Assembly: GCA_965369805.1 (NCBI GenBank)
Contig: CBDURG010000038.1
Location: 1-15,528 of the forward strand
Direction of reading: 5' to 3'
DNA length: 15,528 bases
Origin: an uncultured bacterium
Lineage (GTDB): Bacteria > Auribacterota > UBA6266
In this document: piece after piece, positions 1 to 7,693 of the stretch
Numbering within the stretch: the first letter of the stretch is position 1
Layout: every line of letters starts with the position of its first letter
Notes under the pieces: model-generated
What the model saw: only the letters and a program-made list of their open reading frames with translations
Database searches by the model: none
What the model was told of the DNA's origin: nothing
Translations under genes and position numbers: made by a program

Positions 1-755
1 TTGAAAGAGGTTTAAAAACCAGTGTTATAGGAAAGAAAATACTTGTCTATTCAAAATGCGGTTCAACGAGTGATGCGGCGGAGGAAATTGCGCGTTCCGG
101 GGGAAAAGAAGGAACCGTTATTTTTACCGAGCACCAGACAAACGGTCGCGGCAGGCTGGGCCGGAAATGGATTTCACATAAGGGAAAAGATATTCTCTGT
201 TCGGTTATCTTGCGGCCTTATATGACACCTCAAAATTCATCACTTATAACAATTATTGCCGCAGTTTCTGTTTGTGAAGTGTTAAGAGAATTTGGTATTT
301 TGGCTGGGATAAAATGGCCAAACGATATTGTCGTTAAGGGAAGGAAAATAGGAGGTATTCTTACCGAGATAAACACTGAAAGTGATAGGATAAACTATGT
401 GATTTTGGGGATAGGCCTAAATGTGAATTCTTCATTAAAATATTTGTCTTCGAAAGTTGTAAAAACAGCGACTTCAATGATACGCGAAACCGGAAATAAG
501 GTGGACAGGATTGAAGTAGTACGTAAACTGTTGGAATTTATGGATTATAAATATGAAGAGCTGAAAAGAGGTAAATACGGCGATATTATAAGAGAATGTA
601 TAGATTTTTCAGAAACTCTGGGCAGAGTAGTAAAAATAAGGAGCGGGAAGAAAGTATATGCCGGATACGCGCAGGATTTTGATGATTCTGGAGCTCTTAA
701 TTTGAGGAAGGATGATGGAGCAGTTGAAAAGGTTGTTTCAGGAGAATTAATATAG
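1..755 (+). CDS. birA: Biotin--[acetyl-CoA-carboxylase] ligase BirA, 5'-truncated by the window edge (reading frame begins at nt 3)
   Basis: Frame 3 is open from nt 3 to the stop at 753-755. Its translation, ...GKKILVYSKCGSTSDAAEEIARSGGKEGTVIFTEHQTNGRGRLGRKWISHKGKDILCSVIL..., contains the GRGRxGRxW biotin-binding loop and the KWPNDI motif of the BirA ligase domain. It sits immediately upstream of coaX, which is the classic birA-coaX neighbourhood. Confidence 0.85.
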   Translation, partial: ERGLKTSVIGKKILVYSKCGSTSDAAEEIARSGGKEGTVIFTEHQTNGRGRLGRKWISHKGKDILCSVILRPYMTPQNSSLITIIAAVSVCEVLREFGILAGIKWPNDIVVKGRKIGGILTEINTESDRINYVILGIGLNVNSSLKYLSSKVVKTATSMIRETGNKVDRIEVVRKLLEFMDYKYEELKRGKYGDIIRECIDFSETLGRVVKIRSGKKVYAGYAQDFDDSGALNLRKDDGAVEKVVSGELI

Positions 756-783
756 AGAGAAATCACATAAATAGGGTCAAAAC

Positions 784-1557
784 ATGGAAAAGATACTATG
801 CGTCGATATAGGAAATACTTCGATTGATACCGGGATATACCGTTTCGGGAAAATCAGTAAACGTCTCAAGTTTTCTCATAAACAAATGAACAGGTTCTTG
901 ATATACACAGGGAAACTTTTTAGGAACAAAGAGGCTGATTCTGTTTCTATTTGCGGTGTGGTTCCTGCAGTAACACGCAGTCTTTTAAGGGAGCTTAAAA
1001 AAAATTGCGATAAAATATATGTTGTGCGGCCTGAGAAATTAACGACAATAAAGATTAACAGCAGCTATAGAAAGAATGTGGGAGCTGACAGAGTCGCTAA
1101 TGCTGTTGCCGTCTCTAAATTTTATAAAGTTCCCGCGCTTGTGATTGATTTTGGAACGGCTATTACATTTGATGTTATAAAAGAACCGTTTCATTATGAC
1201 GGTAGTGTGATCTTTCCGGGTTTGAGAGTTTCAAAGGACGCTCTTGTTTCTTCGGCAGCTCTATTGGGCCCTTTTGATTTTTTCCGGGCGAAATCGGTAA
1301 TCTGCAAGAGCACACCTGAAGCGATGTGCTCAGGCTTATATTTTGGAATTCTTGAACTGGCAGATGTAATTAGGCTGAGGATAGAGAAAGAACTCAAGGT
1401 AAAATTTAAAACAGTTGTTGGAACCGGAGGAGATGCCGGAATATTCGCGAAGGAGAAAATTTTCAGTGTTATAAATGAAGATTTGACACTCCTGGGAACC
1501 GCGTTATTAATGCTGAGGGAAGAGCAAAGAAAAAAAATGCCACAGAGGCACAGGTGA
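784..1557 (+). CDS. coaX: Type III pantothenate kinase (CoaX), 257 aa
   Basis: N-terminal CVDIGNTSID matches the DxGNT phosphate-1 motif, and LVIDFGTAITFD matches the phosphate-2 motif. The length is typical for this family, and the position after birA is conserved in many bacteria. Confidence 0.9.
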   Translation: MEKILCVDIGNTSIDTGIYRFGKISKRLKFSHKQMNRFLIYTGKLFRNKEADSVSICGVVPAVTRSLLRELKKNCDKIYVVRPEKLTTIKINSSYRKNVGADRVANAVAVSKFYKVPALVIDFGTAITFDVIKEPFHYDGSVIFPGLRVSKDALVSSAALLGPFDFFRAKSVICKSTPEAMCSGLYFGILELADVIRLRIEKELKVKFKTVVGTGGDAGIFAKEKIFSVINEDLTLLGTALLMLREEQRKKMPQRHR

Positions 1558-1562
1558 CCGGA

Positions 1563-2213
1563 ATGAGCGTGGAGCGAGAACTATTGAAAATGTATAAGCT
1601 GATGAGGGCTCATTTCGGGTATCACAATTGGTGGCCCGGAGAGACATCCTTTGAGGTTTGCATAGGCGCAATCCTTACACAAAATACCGCGTGGTCTAAT
1701 GTAAAAAAGGCTGTTGAAAATCTGAAGAATGAGAAATTGCTGTCATCCCGAAAGATTTTTAATAGTTCAAACAAACAGTTGTCTTTTCTTATAAAGCCGT
1801 CCGGTTATTTTAATCAAAAAGCCAGGACGCTTAAGGCATTTTGCCGCTTTCTTATCCATAACTACAACGGTTCTTGTTCCAGGATGTCAAAGGCTGATAC
1901 CGCTGAATTAAGGGATAAGCTCCTTTCTGTCAAAGGAGTAGGCCCGGAGACGGCTGATTCAATCTTGCTGTATGCTTGTAATAAGCCGGTGTTTGTAATT
2001 GACGCGTACACAAAGAGAATATTTTCAAGGCATGGGTTTTTTGAGGAAAATATTAAATACGACAGAGCTCAGTTTTTTTTTGAGACAAATCTTAAAAGAG
2101 ACATTAGCCTTTATAACGATTACCATGCTCAGATTGTCGAAACAGGCAAGAATTATTGTGGAAAAAACCCGGGATGTGAATCCTGTCCGTTAAAAGGGTT
2201 ATTGACAAAGTAA
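1563..2213 (+). CDS. Endonuclease III-related HhH-GPD family DNA glycosylase-like protein (COG2231-like)
   Basis: Helix-hairpin-helix / Gly-Pro-Asp signature LSVKGVGPETADSILLYACNKPVFVIDAYTKR, including the conserved Asp. The C-terminal Cys cluster is CGKNPGCESC. The ATG at 1563 is chosen over the GTG at 1554, which overlaps the coaX stop (GTGA). The start is uncertain by 9 nt. Confidence 0.72.
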   Translation: MSVERELLKMYKLMRAHFGYHNWWPGETSFEVCIGAILTQNTAWSNVKKAVENLKNEKLLSSRKIFNSSNKQLSFLIKPSGYFNQKARTLKAFCRFLIHNYNGSCSRMSKADTAELRDKLLSVKGVGPETADSILLYACNKPVFVIDAYTKRIFSRHGFFEENIKYDRAQFFFETNLKRDISLYNDYHAQIVETGKNYCGKNPGCESCPLKGLLTK

Positions 2214-2242
2214 AAGCAAATTTGTAAAAATATTGATTGAAT

Positions 2243-2250
2243 GGGGGGGG
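2243..2250 (+). repeat. G8 homopolymer forming part of the ribosome-binding region of the DJ-1/PfpI-like gene
   Basis: atgGGGGGGGGaaggATGaag: eight consecutive G in an AT-rich genome, 5-12 nt upstream of the ATG at 2255. Confidence 0.6.
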
Positions 2251-2254
2251 AAGG

Positions 2255-2872
2255 ATGAAGAAACTTTTTGTTATGTTTCTTGACCTGCTGATTTTTATAT
2301 CATTTTGCGGCATTAATCACGCTTTTGCCAGTAAGGAAGAACCAAAAGCTGTGTTTATTATCGCAAGTTCCAATTTTCGGGATGAAGAACTTTTTATTCC
2401 TATGAGGATTTTTAAAAGAGCGGCATGGGAAGTGGAGGTGGCTTCTTCAGTAAAAGGAAAAATTGTTGGCATACAGGGTAATGAAATTGAGGTAAACAAA
2501 CTTGTGTATGAAATAAAACCAGGTGATTATGACATCATAATTTTTGTTGGCGGGAATGGCGCGACAGAATACTGGAGGGATTTAACGGCTCACAATATAG
2601 TTAAGAGTGCTGTTAAAGATAATAAAATCCTTGGCGCGATAGGTATAGCTCCTATAATTTTGGCAAACGCGGGTATTCTGAAAGACAGAAAAGCCACATC
2701 GTGGGAGGCGGTACAAAATCGTCTGCAGATAAAAGGTGTAGTTTGTTTGGATAAAACAGTTGTTATCGATAACATGATAGTTACCGCGAGAGGGCCTAAA
2801 GCGGCTGAAGAATTTGCAAATGCTCTGTTGTCCCTCGCGGAGAAACATGGCTATGGGATTGAATATAGATAA
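2255..2872 (+). CDS. Secreted DJ-1/PfpI-family protein lacking the catalytic Cys/His (predicted signal peptide)
   Basis: After the signal peptide, the translation aligns with the PfpI/DJ-1 fold: AVFIIASSNFRDEELFIP, then DIIIFVGGNGA, then GAIGIAPIILANAGILKDRKATSW, which corresponds to the PfpI ATICHGPQILISAGVLKGRKGTSY segment. The N-terminus MKKLFVMFLDLLIFISFCGINHAFA|SKEE looks like a Sec signal peptide. The start is placed at the ATG at 2255, which is preceded by a G8-AAGG Shine-Dalgarno-like tract, rather than the upstream ATG at 2237, which has no ribosome-binding site. Confidence 0.7.
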   Translation: MKKLFVMFLDLLIFISFCGINHAFASKEEPKAVFIIASSNFRDEELFIPMRIFKRAAWEVEVASSVKGKIVGIQGNEIEVNKLVYEIKPGDYDIIIFVGGNGATEYWRDLTAHNIVKSAVKDNKILGAIGIAPIILANAGILKDRKATSWEAVQNRLQIKGVVCLDKTVVIDNMIVTARGPKAAEEFANALLSLAEKHGYGIEYR

Positions 2873-2873
2873 G

Positions 2874-4124
2874 ATGACGAAAAACGAAAATATAAATATA
2901 ATAATAATCAACATTGGTGATGAGCTTTTAGGCGGAGAAATTATTAATTCCGATTTTAAAATAGTTGCCTCTGCCGTTACATGTTATGGAGGTTCTGTAG
3001 TAAAACAAATTTCTCTTCCTGATAACAAGGATGTAATAAAAAAAAGTTTTGAAAATGCCTTCTCAGCGTGTGACGCGGTTATAACCACAGGTGGATTAGG
3101 CCCTACCGCGGATGACCTTACAAAAAAAATTGCGGCGGAAATTTTTGGAAAGAAACTTGTCAGTAAAAGCCGTTTGTATAATGTTCTCAAAGAAAGATAC
3201 AAATTTTCGGTTCCTGCTGTAACAGAAGATTCGATGAGAGAACAGTCCCTTGTCCCCGAAGGGGCTAAGATTATTGCAAATAAAATAGGGAGTGCCCCGG
3301 GTTTTTATCTGGCGGAAGGCAAAAGGAAGCTTTTGATGTTTCCAGGCCCACCCGCGGAGCTTATTCCCATGCTTGATGATGGATTAAAGAGCCTTGGTTT
3401 GAGCGGCGGCGGAAAAGGAGCAAAAACGGTTAAATATTTCAGTATTACTGGAATGTCTGAATCTGTTGTGGATTCGACTTTAAGAAAAATCATCGGGAAG
3501 TCCAGCGGGATATCATATGGATTAAGGGCTCATCCGGGTGAAATTATTATAAGGATTAAGCGGGAAATTGCTGCCGGCAGTAAGTTTGTCGATTTGATTA
3601 TGCGAATAAGAGAGGAATTCGGTAATAATATATTTTCTGAAGATGAAGAGTCTGTAGAAGAAACAGTTGGGAAGCTTTTGAAGGGAAAGAAAAAGACTGT
3701 GGCGGTTGCTGAATCGTGTACCGGAGGGCAATTGGGGAAAATGATAACAGATATTCCCGGGAGTTCTGAGTATTTCCTTGGGGGATATGTTACTTATTAT
3801 GATAATTTAAAGATTTTAGATCTTGGTGTTTCTCAGGATACTCTTGTGGAGCACGGAGCAGTTAGTTCCCAATGCGCGCTGCAAATGGCGAGAGGCTGTA
3901 GAAGAAGATCTACTTCGGATATTGCCATAGGTATTACCGGAATAGCCGGGCCGGGAGGCGGTTCCGAAGAAAAACCTGTCGGATTGGTTTATGTCGCGTT
4001 GGATGATGGGTTCATAAGCAGAACTGAAGAATTTAAGTTTAACGGCACCAGCAGGGAACAGATAAGAGAAAGGGCTTGTCGGGCAGCATTAGACCTTCTT
4101 CGCAGGTATCTGTTGATTGAATGA
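2874..4124 (+). CDS. cinA: Competence/damage-inducible protein CinA (MocF-like N-terminal domain plus CinA C-terminal nicotinamide-nucleotide amidohydrolase domain)
   Basis: The N-terminus INIIIINIGDELLGGEIINSDF is the typical CinA start (compare AEIIAVGTELLLGQIVNTN). The GGLGPTADDLT motif is present, and the C-terminal CinA domain reads VAVAESCTGGQLGKMITDIPGSSEYFLGGYVTY...GITGIAGP. The ATG at 2874 lies 1 nt after the previous stop. Alternative in-frame ATGs at 2847 and 2853 would overlap the upstream gene. Confidence 0.85.
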   Translation: MTKNENINIIIINIGDELLGGEIINSDFKIVASAVTCYGGSVVKQISLPDNKDVIKKSFENAFSACDAVITTGGLGPTADDLTKKIAAEIFGKKLVSKSRLYNVLKERYKFSVPAVTEDSMREQSLVPEGAKIIANKIGSAPGFYLAEGKRKLLMFPGPPAELIPMLDDGLKSLGLSGGGKGAKTVKYFSITGMSESVVDSTLRKIIGKSSGISYGLRAHPGEIIIRIKREIAAGSKFVDLIMRIREEFGNNIFSEDEESVEETVGKLLKGKKKTVAVAESCTGGQLGKMITDIPGSSEYFLGGYVTYYDNLKILDLGVSQDTLVEHGAVSSQCALQMARGCRRRSTSDIAIGITGIAGPGGGSEEKPVGLVYVALDDGFISRTEEFKFNGTSREQIRERACRAALDLLRRYLLIE

Positions 4125-4140
4125 AGAGCGTAAATTTTAT

Positions 4141-4698
4141 ATGAGCGGTTTAAGATTTTTTCTTGCTGTAAATTTACCTGATAAGGTGAAAGATAAGATA
4201 ACGCCGCTTGTTCAGCCCCTGAGATATAAGTTTAAAAATGTCAGGTGGGTTTCTTCTGTAAATCAGCATCTGACCCTGAAGTTCTATGGGAATGTTGAAG
4301 AAGAAGGGATTAAGAAATTGTCCGATGATGTTAGAAAGGGAGTAAAAGGATTTGGAAAGTTTGAGGTAAGTTTCGGGCAGTTTGGTTATTTTGGATCAAA
4401 AATTTCTCCAAGGGTGATCTTAATAGGGGTGGATAAGGGGAAAGAGGAATTGGCAGAACTTAATAACGTTATTGAAGAAATTTCTGAGAGGCATGGCTTT
4501 GAAAGAGAAAAAAGAGAGTTTTTCCCTCACCTTACGGTTGGAAGATGTAAAAAGAGAGTTGATGGTATTGTCGCGGCTTTAGAAAAAATGGATAATTCAC
4601 CAGTTGCTTTTTTTGAAGCTGAAATGTTATCATTTTTCTCCAGTAATTTAACTCTTGCCGGGCCGATATATACGAAATTATATGATGCGATTCTATAG
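4141..4698 (+). CDS. thpR: RNA 2',3'-cyclic phosphodiesterase / 2'-5' RNA ligase (ThpR/LigT, 2H phosphoesterase)
   Basis: Two H-x-T-x motifs, HLTLKF and HLTVGR, are spaced as in the 2H family. The N-terminus LRFFLAVNLP is typical of LigT. The ATG at 4141 is chosen over the upstream TTG at 4117, which overlaps the cinA stop. Confidence 0.8.
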   Translation: MSGLRFFLAVNLPDKVKDKITPLVQPLRYKFKNVRWVSSVNQHLTLKFYGNVEEEGIKKLSDDVRKGVKGFGKFEVSFGQFGYFGSKISPRVILIGVDKGKEELAELNNVIEEISERHGFEREKREFFPHLTVGRCKKRVDGIVAALEKMDNSPVAFFEAEMLSFFSSNLTLAGPIYTKLYDAIL

Positions 4699-4716
4699 TT
4701 GTTTAATAAATAACTA
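4655..4716 (+). promoter_or_regulatory. Candidate recA promoter (TTGCCG-17-TTATAT) followed by the inverted repeat TAGTT-N11-AACTA (4696-4716), a possible operator
   Basis: -35-like TTGCCG at 4655-4660 and -10-like TTATAT at 4678-4683, both inside the 3' end of thpR. The palindrome TAGTTgtttaataaatAACTA spans the thpR stop codon and ends 6 nt before the recA ribosome-binding site. Confidence 0.3.
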
Positions 4717-4732
4717 AGCGTGGAGGCTAAGC

Positions 4733-5761
4733 ATGGCGACAAAAGCAGAGAAGGTAACGGAAAAAGAAGGTGAAGGGAAAACGAAAGCGCTTGATATGGC
4801 GATAACGCAGATAGAAAAGCAATTTGGGCAGGGGGCGATAATGAAGCTTGGCGACGAGTCGGCTCACATTAATATTCCCTATATCTCAACAGGCGCTTTA
4901 ACTCTTGATATAGCGCTTGGAATTGGAGGCCTTCCCAGGGGAAGAGTTGTGGAGCTTTTCGGTCCGGAATCTTCTGGAAAGACGACCCTTGCGCTTAATG
5001 TGGTTGCCAATGCCCAAAAAGCCGGCGGTGTTGCCGCTTTTATTGACGCGGAGCACGCTAAGGATCCCGCATACGCGAAAAAGCTTGGGGTTAACCTTCG
5101 GGATCTGTTGGTTTCACAGCCTGATTCGGGAGAAGAAGCGCTCTCAATTGCCGAGTTGCTTGTAAGAAGCAGTGCCGTTGACGTTATCGTTATTGATTCT
5201 GTCGCGGCTCTGGTTCCCCGGGCGGAAATAGAGGGTGAAATGGGGGATTCTCACATCGGACTTCAGGCTCGCCTTATGAGCCAGGCTTTAAGGAAGCTTA
5301 CATCTTCAATTTCGAAATCAAAGACATGTTGTCTTTTTATTAACCAGATAAGAATGAAAATAGGTGTAATGTTTGGAAGTCCGGAAACAACACCCGGTGG
5401 TAATGCTCTTAAGTTTTACTCTTCTGTCAGGCTTGACATTAGAAGAATCAGCGCGATTAAAAATACAGCTGGAGAGAACACTGGAAACAAAGTGAGGGTT
5501 AAAGTGGTTAAGAATAAAGTTGCTCCTCCGTTCAGGATTGGTGAATTTGATATTATGTTTAATGAAGGAATATCGAGAGAGGGGTCAATTGTAGACGCGG
5601 GTATAACCCTTGACATTGTTGAAAAGAGAGGTTCGTGGTTTTCCTTTGAAGGGGAAAAGTTGGGACAGGGGCGTGATTCTGCTGTTCAGGAAATAAAAGG
5701 AAATGAAAAACTGAGGAAGAAGATTGTCGCGGAGATCAAGAAAAAAACCGGGTTGAAATAA
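4733..5761 (+). CDS. recA: Recombinase RecA, 342 aa
   Basis: Walker A motif [12 protein letters not shown], then [12 protein letters not shown], then the L2-loop region. The protein is full length. A GGAGG ribosome-binding site at 4722-4726 sits 6 nt before the ATG. Confidence 0.97.
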   Translation: MATKAEKVTEKEGEGKTKALDMAITQIEKQFGQGAIMKLGDESAHINIPYISTGALTLDIALGIGGLPRGRVVELFGPESSGKTTLALNVVANAQKAGGVAAFIDAEHAKDPAYAKKLGVNLRDLLVSQPDSGEEALSIAELLVRSSAVDVIVIDSVAALVPRAEIEGEMGDSHIGLQARLMSQALRKLTSSISKSKTCCLFINQIRMKIGVMFGSPETTPGGNALKFYSSVRLDIRRISAIKNTAGENTGNKVRVKVVKNKVAPPFRIGEFDIMFNEGISREGSIVDAGITLDIVEKRGSWFSFEGEKLGQGRDSAVQEIKGNEKLRKKIVAEIKKKTGLK

Positions 5762-5823
5762 ATTACAATCCTAAAACTAAAATAATTTGTTATTGTCTGG
5801 AAAAAAGAGAAAAGTAGCAGAAA

Positions 5824-7638
5824 ATGAAAGCAGAAGAATTACGCCGCCTTTACATTGAATTTTTCAAAACCAGAGGTCATGAAGAAATCCCATCGGCTTC
5901 TTTAATCCCTGAAAATGATCCAACAGTTCTTTTCACAACGGCAGGCATGCATCCTCTTGTTCCGTATCTTACCGGCCAGCAAAAACATCCCATGGGCAAC
6001 CGCCTTGTAAACTGTCAGAAATGTATAAGGACTCAGGATATAGAAGAAGTAGGTGATGAAAGCCATACAACGTTTTTTGAAATGCTTGGTAACTGGTCGC
6101 TTGGAGATTATTTTAAAGAAGAAGCGATAAAAATGAGCTGGGAATTTTTGACTGATGAAAAATGGCTTGCTTTGGATAAAAATAAAATTGCTATTTCAAT
6201 TTTTAAAGGTGACGAAGATGCTCCATTTGACAAGGAATCGAAAGACATCTGGATTCGTATTGGTGTTTGTGAGAACCGCATTGCGGCATTGCCTAAAGAT
6301 AAAAACTGGTGGGGGCCTGCCGGTAATGTCGGGCCGTGCGGGCCGGATACAGAAATGTTCTTTTATATAGGCAGAGAAGAGGAACCGCCTTCGCATAGCA
6401 ATCCTGAAACCGATGAATCAAACTGGCTCGAGATATGGAATGATGTTTTTATGGAATACGGCAGGACCGCTGCCGGCAAATATGAACCTTTAAAGCAAAA
6501 GAATGTTGATACGGGCCTTGGCCTTGAGAGAGTTGCCTGTGTTCTTCAGGGAAAAACGGATATTTATACAATTGAGCTTTTCGAACCCATTATTAAAAAA
6601 CTCGAAGATTTAACCGGGGAATCTTATAAAAACCGGGATTGTAAAAAATCATTCAGGATTATAGCTGATCATATACGCGCGGCAACTTTTATACTGGGTG
6701 ATGATAAGGCTATCGTTCCCTCAAATGTTGATCAGGGTTATGTTTTGCGGAAGTATATACGGAGGATTATTCGTCACGGACGTCTTCTTAAGATTAATAA
6801 AAAGTTCTGTTCGGAAATTGCTGAAGTTGTGATAGGTATAATGAAAAACCCATGGAAAGAGATTGAAAAGAACAGACTATTTATCCTTTCCGAGCTCTCG
6901 GCTGAAGAGGACAGGTTTAACAAGACAATTAGTCAGGGGTTAAAAGAGTTTGATAAGATGGTAAAAGGGTATGAAAAAGCTTTTCAGGCAACGGGAAAAA
7001 AGATTAGTACTATATCCGGCAAGCATGCTTTTAAACTTTATGACACTTATGGCTTTCCACTTGAAATGACAGATGAACTTGCGAAAGAAAAAGGGTTGGA
7101 GGTTGATCATAAAGGCTTTAATGAATGTTTTCAGGAGCATCAGAACAAGTCAAGGCTTGGAGCTGAAAAAAAATTTAAAGGCGGGCTTGAAGACGGCTCA
7201 GAAAAGGTTGTCTGTTTTCATACCGCAACCCATCTTCTTCATCAGGCATTAAGAATTGTCCTTGGAAAACATGTACAGCAGAGGGGGAGCAATATTACCT
7301 CCGAAAGGCTGCGCTTTGACTTTTCACACCCTGACAAACTTTCCGATACGCAAATAAAGAAAGTTGAAGAAGTGGTTAATACCGCAATAGAAAAAGGCAT
7401 GGAAGTGAAATGCAAAGAGATGACTCCTGTCAAAGCAGCTAAACAGGAAGCTATAGGTTTGTTTGGTGACAGATACGGACAAAAGGTAACGGTGTATTCA
7501 ATCGGGGATTTCTCAAAGGAAATTTGTGCCGGGCCCCATGTATCCAATACAAAAGAGCTTGGCAGATTTAAAATCACAAAAGAGCAGAGTTCATCTGCAG
7601 GTATCAGAAGAATCCGGGCTGTTCTTGAAAACTTATGA
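5824..7638 (+). CDS. alaS: Alanine--tRNA ligase, short form (604 aa; catalytic, tRNA-recognition and editing-core domains present; no C-Ala domain)
   Basis: The N-terminus FTTAGMHPLVPYLTGQ is the AlaRS class II motif region, followed by GLGLERVACVLQG, IADHIRAATFIL and KLYDTYGFP. The editing core has HTATHLLHQAL (HxxxH) and CAGPH (CxxxH). The protein ends ...GIRRIRAVLENL with nothing resembling the C-terminal C-Ala domain. Confidence 0.9.
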   Translation: MKAEELRRLYIEFFKTRGHEEIPSASLIPENDPTVLFTTAGMHPLVPYLTGQQKHPMGNRLVNCQKCIRTQDIEEVGDESHTTFFEMLGNWSLGDYFKEEAIKMSWEFLTDEKWLALDKNKIAISIFKGDEDAPFDKESKDIWIRIGVCENRIAALPKDKNWWGPAGNVGPCGPDTEMFFYIGREEEPPSHSNPETDESNWLEIWNDVFMEYGRTAAGKYEPLKQKNVDTGLGLERVACVLQGKTDIYTIELFEPIIKKLEDLTGESYKNRDCKKSFRIIADHIRAATFILGDDKAIVPSNVDQGYVLRKYIRRIIRHGRLLKINKKFCSEIAEVVIGIMKNPWKEIEKNRLFILSELSAEEDRFNKTISQGLKEFDKMVKGYEKAFQATGKKISTISGKHAFKLYDTYGFPLEMTDELAKEKGLEVDHKGFNECFQEHQNKSRLGAEKKFKGGLEDGSEKVVCFHTATHLLHQALRIVLGKHVQQRGSNITSERLRFDFSHPDKLSDTQIKKVEEVVNTAIEKGMEVKCKEMTPVKAAKQEAIGLFGDRYGQKVTVYSIGDFSKEICAGPHVSNTKELGRFKITKEQSSSAGIRRIRAVLENL

Positions 7639-7693
7639 AATCTTTCAAAAAAGTGATTGGTGTTGAAATAAAGGAAAAAGAAGAGGAAGTTGA

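Noticed and set aside
43-225. A 60-aa + strand ORF at the start of the window
   Set aside because: It is in a different frame overlapping the BirA reading frame, and BirA's GRGRLGRKW motif is in frame 3, so the ORF is a frame shadow.
2073-2081. T9 homopolymer inside the endonuclease-III-like gene (encoding FFF)
   Set aside because: Homopolymeric A/T runs of this length are expected by chance in AT-rich coding sequence. The gene is in frame with all motifs intact, so there is no evidence for phase variation.
2160-2213. C-terminal Cys cluster of the HhH-GPD protein has only three Cys (C-x5-C-x2-C) and stops before a fourth ligand, so a truncated [4Fe-4S] loop was considered
   Set aside because: I cannot establish from memory whether the COG2231-type endonuclease-III-related family normally carries the full C-x6-C-x2-C-x5-C motif. 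Readthrough of the TAA would place the next Cys at the wrong spacing. The point is left unresolved and is not counted as an anomaly.
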